Source: Octopus vulgaris (lineage: Eukaryota). From it: DNA of 64,000 nt. The stretch is from positions 19,840,001 to 19,904,000 of the forward strand of contig OX597819.1 of the NCBI GenBank assembly GCA_951406725.2, written 5' to 3'. Made by a program: the position numbers and the translations under genes. How positions within the stretch are numbered: position 1 is the first letter of the stretch; every line of letters starts with the position of its first letter. The notes beneath the pieces are model-generated. The model did not search any database and was not told the origin of the DNA. It saw nothing but the letters and a program-made list of their open reading frames with translations. Positions 55,980-64,000 of the stretch are shown one piece after another.

Positions 55980-56875
55980 GGCTTAGTAAAATAAATTACT
56001 TTGCCGCATACTGAACTCATTAGAAATAGCAGCTAAAAAAACTTTTTAAAACTATCTCCAATACTTAAAGAAAATCTCTCTCGTATAGTGTTTGCTCAAT
56101 TCAACTCACGAAAGTATGAGGGTAGAGACATTAAAAAATCAAATGCAAAGGTTATTTGAGAACGTACGTTTTAAGATTAGTCAAAATCGACACTTCTATC
56201 ATCAGCTCAGAACTCCCTGGTTTGGATTTGAAAACACTGAAAGCGGGAGCATACCCTTTCGGCCTGTTATCGCTTCTGAAGATCTGCTCAAAACTAACAG
56301 TGTTAGCAAATTCAAATATGCAAACGAAGAATTTCTGCTCTCCCCTTTCCACCAGCGTGGGTTAAAATCAGCAAACATTTTTTCGGTAAAATCCGAGGCA
56401 TTATATAGAGAGAGATGAATTATAATTTCAACAATTGAGGGTAAAATTAATTAATTAATCAATTTCACCAAGTATTCAGTATACAAAGGGACCATTTAAG
56501 GCGAATTCAAATTATTACATTATATAAAAGGGCTTAGTAAAATAAATTACTTTGCCGCATACTGAACTCATTAGAAATAGCAGCTAAAAAAACTTTTTTA
56601 AAACTATCTCCAATACTTAAAGAAAATCTCTCTCGTATAGTGTTTGCTCAATTCAACTAACGAAAGTATGAGGGTAGAGACATTAAAAAATCAAATGCAA
56701 AGGTTATTTGAGAACGTACATTTTGAATTTGCTAACACTGTTAGTTTTGAACAGATCTTCAGAAGCGATAACAGGCCGAAAGGGTATGCTCCCGCTTTCA
56801 GTGTTTTCAAATCCAAACCAGGGAGTTCTGAGCTGATGATAGAAGTGTCGATTTTGACTAATCTTGAAACGTACG
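55973..56875. mobile_element. Second R1 locus: about 1.35 units (551-bp period) plus ~155-bp inverted segment
   Basis: Starts at (TA)n-AAAGGGCTTAG. The hammerhead at 56148-56218 (minus) has GAAAC changed to AAAAC. The inverted piece 56720-56875 ends at GAAACGTACG. Confidence 0.85.
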
Positions 56876-57201
56876 CCAGTTAGTCGAAGAAATCGACCCA
56901 ACGACTTAATCTTTTTAAGCCCGGTGCATATTATATCCCCCACCTTTAAGCCGAACCGCTAGGTTATGGGGACGTAAACACACCAACGTCTGATGTCAAG
57001 CGATGGTGGGAGGGGGGGGCAAACACAGACACAATCACTCACACATAAATGTTTACGTATATATATTTATACTATGGGCTTCCTTTAGTTTCAGTCTACC
57101 AAATCAACTCACGAGGATTTGATCGGCCCAACGGAAAACACTTCCCCAACATTTCACGTAGTAGGAATGAACCCGGAACCATGTGGTTGGGAAGCAAGCT
57201 G

Positions 57202-57203
<2 letters not shown>
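56876..57203 (-). mobile_element. SINE family A copy, 3'-interrupted by the R1 locus
   Basis: GAACCCGGAACCATGTGGTTGG and GAACCGCTAGGTTATGGGGACGTAAACAC. Confidence 0.7.
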
Positions 57204-57238
<35 letters not shown>

Positions 57239-57509
57239 ACGTATATATGTATATATATACATATATTCGTACGTATATACGTGTATATATATACATATAT
57301 AAGTACCTATGTGTGTGTGTGTATATATATACATATATATGTATAATATAATTAATATTCAATTGAATTAGGTACTTCAATTGAGGCACCTTGCCAGGGT
57401 TAAATATAAATACCACGTCACCACTTCTATATCTTGAGGCCCCACTACTATTTTTCTCTACTACTCTCGAAATTATAGTAGGCTATAACACAAGGAAACA
57501 CTGTAATGC

Positions 57510-57569
<60 letters not shown>

Positions 57570-57795
57570 CGCAAGGAAACAATGTAATTATTTTGCTTTC
57601 TAGTATTGTTGAAATTTGTTAAAAGTGGTTTATCCTTTATGTTCCAAATTTATATGGTCATCTGCGCCTAAAGACTGCGGTTTCTTTCAAATTGATGTAA
57701 TGTCACCATTGATCGGCTAAATGTAGCTGCAAGAAACGGCCGTAATATATTGATATCTGTGTTTCCTTGTTACTTAGTTGCATATTATATATGAA

Positions 57796-58280
57796 GATGC
57801 CAGTGCCACCTGACTGGTCCCGTGTCGGTAGCACGTAAAAGAACACCATTCGAGTGTGGTTGTTGCCAGTGCCACCTGATTGGCGCCTCTGCCGGTGATA
57901 CGTAGAGAGAACATCTCGGGCTTGGGTCGTTTCCAGTGTCGCCTGATTGGCTCCCGTACCGCTGATACGTAAAAAGCAACATTCCAGCATGGTTGTTGCC
58001 AGTGCAACCTGTCTTGCTCCCGTGCTGCTGGCGGGTGAAAAGATCATATTCAAGCGTGGTCGATGCAGTGCCGCCTGACTCGCCCTCGGACCGGCGGCAC
58101 ATAAAACGCACTCATTACACTCTCGGGGTGGTGGGCGTTGGGCATGGCATCCAGCTGTAGAAACCTTGGCAGATTAGATCGGAGCCTGATGCAGCCTTCT
58201 CCTTTGCCAGTCCTCCGTTAAATCGTCCAACCCATGTCAGCGCGGAAAGCGGACGTTAAACTAGGATGATGATGATGTTG
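57796..58280 (+). mobile_element. SINE-like element with five 66-67-bp tandem units and (GAT)n tail
   Basis: Units start at 57796, 57862, 57929, 57995 and 58062. Followed by GGCATCCAGCTGTAGAAAC and CGGACGTTAAA-(GAT)n. Confidence 0.7.
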
Positions 58281-58738
58281 ATGTATGTGTGTGTGTATGT
58301 GTGTGCGTGTGTGCATATGTGCGTTGTGTATGTGTGTTTATGTTATTATAAATGTATGTAAAAATAATTCATCTGGTTTGTTTGTCTTAGAAGGTTGTTA
58401 CGCACTTCTGTAGGTTTTGAGTTCGATCGCAATGATGGCAGATTCATAAAATGATTTTGACATATCTTCATAAAGAAATATATATGAAAGCTGGAGATAT
58501 ATGGAATTTAGGTGGCTGGATTATATGGAAAAATTCCATGTGTCCTCCTTGAATCCATCTCTCGCACAAATTCTCGCCCTCAAGATTAAATATAACTTAC
58601 AAGATTCGGAGGAATAATCAATTACACGCTCTTATATTGGGTAGATAATTCAGTTTATCAAAGACTTGTGATGATCATCGTCGCAAATGATGGAGTGTCT
58701 ACTTTCTTTATAGTTAAATACACACACACATATGTGCG

Positions 58739-58785
<47 letters not shown>

Positions 58786-58795
58786 TCACACGTAC

Positions 58796-58878
<83 letters not shown>

Positions 58879-61800
58879 TATATTTATATATGTACATGTA
58901 TATATATGTGCATGCATTTATGTGAATATGCGTGTGTGTGTGTGTGCATGCATATGAATATGTATACATTCTTACATACATATCACGCGCACTAAACAGG
59001 CAAATCTTCAAAGCTATCTCAATGCAGTAAGAAGAAAAAGTAGAAAAAGAAAGAAATACATCTAAGATGCTTACAGCTACCTCAGGTAAACAGAGAGAAC
59101 AAGCCAGCCTATATCTACGATATCCATCATAAAACCCACCTGTATTCTGTCAATTAACAAAACACCTTATCACCAAGATATTTATGAGTGCAGTCACAAA
59201 CATTACATCTAATTCAAAATAGAACTGAACAGTGAGACTACACATTTCTCTTGGCAACAGATGTTATCCATAACGATAAATTGATGTTAAACCATTCACA
59301 AACACAACTCCCCAGCGGTCCTCAAGAAATATACTTAGCTGTGATTCTTTTCTTCTTTTTGCCTTTTTGTTTTTCCTTTTATTTTTAGACGCAAGCTTTT
59401 GCGTAATCTTTTTCCAATTTCAGTAGCGAGTGAGCCAATCCTTTCAAATATCATGAGACTCCATTTGAGTCAATGTTAAATGAGCTGTTACTCTGTAGCA
59501 GCACAGGAAAACTCGCCAAAATCTGCACCTGCATAGAACGCAAGTATTACTCTGCGGTCATTTTAACACCAGCGTTATATTTCTTTGTGTTGTATCGAGA
59601 CATCTACTGATGTATTGAGCATACAATATCATATTCAGATCTATGTACACCTGGTCGTCAATTACTAGAGTATATGACTTGTTAAGACATGCCGCGATTT
59701 TGTTATTTTAGGGTCCACTGTTGGAGTATGTGATAGCTGAAAAGAAATCGGTTTGCCCCAGAATGGTACCCATTAGAGCTGAGAAGACTGGGTTAACATG
59801 AAAATGAATTTCTTTGTTTAAATTGTGTTGTCTCGTTCGTGAGTCGCATGCGTGGCCTTATGATTGCAAATCAAACACCTTTAAAACAAGACCAATAATT
59901 AAACGAAAGAAAAGCAGCAAAAAACATGACTGATTATCCAGAGGTTAATTTATTGTATTTGACCGCACATATTTTACAAAAAAAAAACTGTTTCAAATAA
60001 CTACCTCTGATCCTTTAAGGAAATATGGGCCTACATTGCATACTTTAATGTTCTAATTTTTTTTAAATCCTGAATATGTGCTCCTGAATTCTGGGTTCAA
60101 GTAATATATCCATGCCTTCTTTGTAACATATTTTTAGTTATTGCACAAGCAGCCTCATGCCTTAGCACCTCTTTAAATATATTGTTATGGGTTCAACAGA
60201 ATTGAATAGTATTTCTAGAGCACGATCCTTTAATCTGCTTTGCGTGGTATTTTTCTCTAAGGAAACAAAATACATGGTAATAATAAAGTAGTCGTAATTC
60301 GTCCTCAGATTTAAGACCACCTTGAAACTGTTGGTGCATTCAGCAGTTCAACTTTGCTCTCCATTCATATGATAACGGATATGATGTCATTTATTCCTCC
60401 AACACTCTCAGAGATCTGGAATACAGATATGAATTCCACGTTCTCTATTCTCCTAACAAATCCACTTTATTACCCTAACACTAACAAATTCACTTTGTAA
60501 TCAATGTTTCACTTTTGATTTTATAATAATGCCTCTATCTTCGTGGTATATTGATTAAGAACTTTAAATTCTAAATGATACTGCAATTTCTAAAAAGGAT
60601 GAAATAATTATAGTCATGGTTAGCACCAGAAATGGTAAGCACTCCACCATAGATAACAATGGTTTCAGATTTTGGCACAGGGTCAGCGGTTTTGTGAGGT
60701 TAATCGACTACATTGACCCTAGTGTTTGACTGGTACTGGTTTTTTTTTATTGAACCCGAAAGTATGAATGGAAAAGTCAACGTCAACGGAATTTCAGCTG
60801 AGTAAAGATGGGTGAAAAAAATCAAAATTTCAATTCAAATTACTAAATGAAGTATGTTATTGGTAAGTTCAATATGTCGTATTAAGGTGATACTTAAACG
60901 CCGTTATATTAAATCAAGTATTCGAGAGGTTCATATTTTATAGAGATTAAATGCACAGATGACTTCATTGAAATCAGAGCGTACTGATTCTGAATTAAAC
61001 CGCTCAAATAATCTCATTCGACGCTCTAAATTGCTCTACTACTTCCCGCTGTATAACGATACAATATTTTTTCGTATGTGCTAATTATATTTGTAGGGCC
61101 CCCAAGAAAGGAATATATTAGTAATATATTGCTTATGGAACTTTCATTCGAGGACTAAATTATTTTACAGCAGCTTTCTTTAAATAACTATTATTTTATA
61201 TAATGCTGAAGTATTTCTGCCAAATAGTTAAGTGGGTAAGTTTATAATTAAAGTATGCAACATTAGAAAGCTAAGCTAGACTCTTATGTGCGGTGAGAGA
61301 AAAATAATGCTAAGCAATGACTTAAAATCTTTCATTTTTTTCCGGTATCTACGGAAGAGAATTCCGGACGTGATTCTGCTTGGTTGAGCGTTATCTGCGG
61401 AAGTGAAGCCTCGCAGCAATTTACCGAATTGATAACAAATAAATGGTTCAATAACATGAATAAATGTATATATGGTGGCATTGAACAGTGAAAAGAGAAT
61501 TGTTTAAAATTCAAATAATTCTATGACATCTACATTATGATAAACAGTTATTTGCGTAATATCATGTCAAATGGGTCGAATATTAAACGTTGAAGTAATA
61601 TGAAACATATATGGAAAGTAATATAATGTTATATGTAATATTAAATGATATCATAACCATCTCTACCAATATTTTTATTCACAGAAAATGTATTATGTTA
61701 CTTCTCTTTAAGCATATTTTAAACTCAGAATTACGTTCAGGTTCCAACTGATGCCTGTTTTACTTAACAAAACTCACTGAACTTCTTGGCGAATCTTTAT

Positions 61801-61946
61801 ATATCCATCATTGGATAACGCATACAATTTATTAACAAGAATGTGACCACTAGAGGTGTTTAAGCAAATTAGTTTAGGGTTCGTCATTTACATAAATCAT
61901 TTTATTTTATACGGGAAAATATATAATGGATAAGATAAAATAAAGA

Positions 61947-62004
<58 letters not shown>

Positions 62005-62599
62005 AAACTGATCCTTTAAAGTCAACTCCGGTACCGCATTTTATACGAACATTTAGATTTTGGTCGGCAATTAATTCAAGAACAACACAAAAAATCTAAA
62101 GTTTCCAAAGGAAATTATATAAGTTCTAAACACTGGGTACTTATTTCAAATATTTTTCTCTCTCTTACATAACTAAAATCTCTTTTAAACACTGACATAT
62201 GTCACTCGTATAAACACGACACATCTACGCTGGAAGCATGAAATGATAATTCGACATTACGAAGAAGGAAAATAGAAGCAAAGCATTCCAACATTTATAG
62301 AAACTAGTTCATGTTAACCGAGATTCAAATTAACACAACGTAGAAAATGACGGTGTAACCCTGAAAACATATACCTTCAAATGCATATAGGCGTATGCAT
62401 GATAGATCGCTAGCCACTACACATTCTTTATTTTTCTCTCTCCTCGTTTCTTCCTGTGTGTGTTTTGGATTTGGATTTTTCAAGAAAACTCTTGATCATT
62501 TTCTTTCCTAAATCCCAGTTGAAACAATTATGACTATATCACGGCAAGAAGCTCAAGTGAGTGCAATAATATCAAACCCCATCATTCATTTACAGCCAA

Positions 62600-63020
62600 C
62601 CTATTTCTTTACTACTCACAGGGGGCTAAAGACAGAGAGAACAAAAAAGGATAGACAAACGGATTAAGTCAATTATATCGACCCGAGTAAAGGATGAAAG
62701 ATAAATTCGACCTCGGCGGAATCTGAACTCAGAACGTAGCGGCAGACGAAATATTTCTTTATTACCTACAAGGGGCTAAACATAGAGGGGACAAACATGG
62801 ACAGACATAGGTATTAAGTCGATTATATCGACCCCAGTGCGTAACTGGTACTTAATTTATCGACCCCGAAAGGATGAAAGGCAAAGTCGACCTCGGCGGA
62901 ATTTGAACTCACAACCTAACTCTGCCAGCTCGGCGGAATTTGAACTCACAACGTAACGCAGACGAAATACGGCTACGCATTTCGCCCGGCGTGCAAACGA
63001 TTCTGCCAGCTCGCCGCCCT
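62600..63020 (-). mobile_element. SINE family B multimer
   Basis: Reverse complement of the 78-650 units, with duplicated head segments. Confidence 0.8.
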
Positions 63021-63706
63021 ATTCATTTACAGCCAACCATACAAGAAAGCCATTAGCAATGTGACAAAAAATCGTAGTGTTCCAGCATGGCCACGAACCT
63101 TAGCTTCGAACATATAACGGAAATCTAATAATATGATTTGTTAATCAATTAATCACAATTATTACTTCTTAAATAATATTATATGGGGGGGGGGGGGCAC
63201 CAACAACGTAGGTAGATTAAAGTTCCTCCTACATCCTTCCAAAAACATTTCGCAATTACCATTTCCATGAGATAATAATTTCAAATTATTCTACCGCTGT
63301 GCTGTCCGTTTATTAATTAATTATCTTTTTCACTTGTTAAAAGTTATTTACATCTTTCAGACTATTATGCAGAAAACCATTTCTAAATTTATCTTTGTCT
63401 AAACTAGAGCCAAGTTTGTAAGAAACGATATTACAATTTTACAACTTCATATATTACTATAGAAGACAAAATTATGTCTAAATTTGAAGTCATTGGTGTT
63501 AAAAGAGCGATGAATATATATGGATTTCAGAAAGTATAATTAGTATAAGCGTAAACGTAGTTAAATTTAATGACGCATAGTTCGTTAAATTAAAGAAATT
63601 CATCCCCAAACCTACAAGTTAGCTTAAACCATTACGTAAATTTTTAAACGCTTCTAATGACATAAATGTCATCCATTATTTAATCGGCGTGTGTGTTCGT
63701 GCGTGT

Positions 63707-63776
<70 letters not shown>

Positions 63777-63779
63777 ATA

Positions 63780-64000
63780 CCTCTTTACTGCCCGCAAGGG
63801 GCTAAACATAGAGGGGGAAAACAAGGACAGACAAAGGGACGAAGTCGATTACATCGACCCCAGTGCGAAATAATACTTCATTTTTCCAGGGTCGATAAAT
63901 AAAATACCAGTTTCTCACTTGGGTCAATGTAATCGACTTAATCCCTTTGTCTGTCCTTGTTTGTCCCCTCTATGTTTAGCCCCTTTTTGGGCAGTAAAGA
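63780..64000. mobile_element. Two inverted partial SINE family B units
   Basis: 63783-63860 and 63925-64000 are mutual reverse complements (CTTTACTGCCC..GGGCAGTAAAG). Confidence 0.75.

Noticed and set aside
59990-60500. Possible decayed LTR-retrotransposon pol fragment on the minus strand
   Set aside because: Too degraded to support without a translated search.

Overview
AT-rich eukaryotic non-coding DNA, saturated with (TA)n, (CA)n, (GATA)n, (AAT)n and (CTA)n microsatellites and retroelement debris. The repeat landscape suggests an octopus or other coleoid cephalopod (inference). No host protein-coding gene is supported, and most listed ORFs are microsatellite artefacts. Recognisable elements are a 5'-truncated CR1-group LINE with a long RT ORF, several Penelope-like (GIY-YIG) fragments and their 3' repeats, R4/Dong-like and RTE fragments, at least four SINE families, and a fold-back mariner derivative. 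The most notable signal is a set of three related non-coding repeat families (11.3-13.3 kb and 56.0-56.9 kb; 16.2-16.9 kb; 51.5-52.9 kb). The two with measurable monomers have units of about 535-566 bp. Each family carries a type I hammerhead ribozyme or its 3' half. They occur as partial tandem or inverted arrays, mostly anchored in (TA)n, with 5' junctions clustered just upstream of the predicted cleavage site. This looks like a retrozyme (circular RNA) system mobilised by Penelope RT. All alignments and folds were done by eye, so boundaries are approximate.
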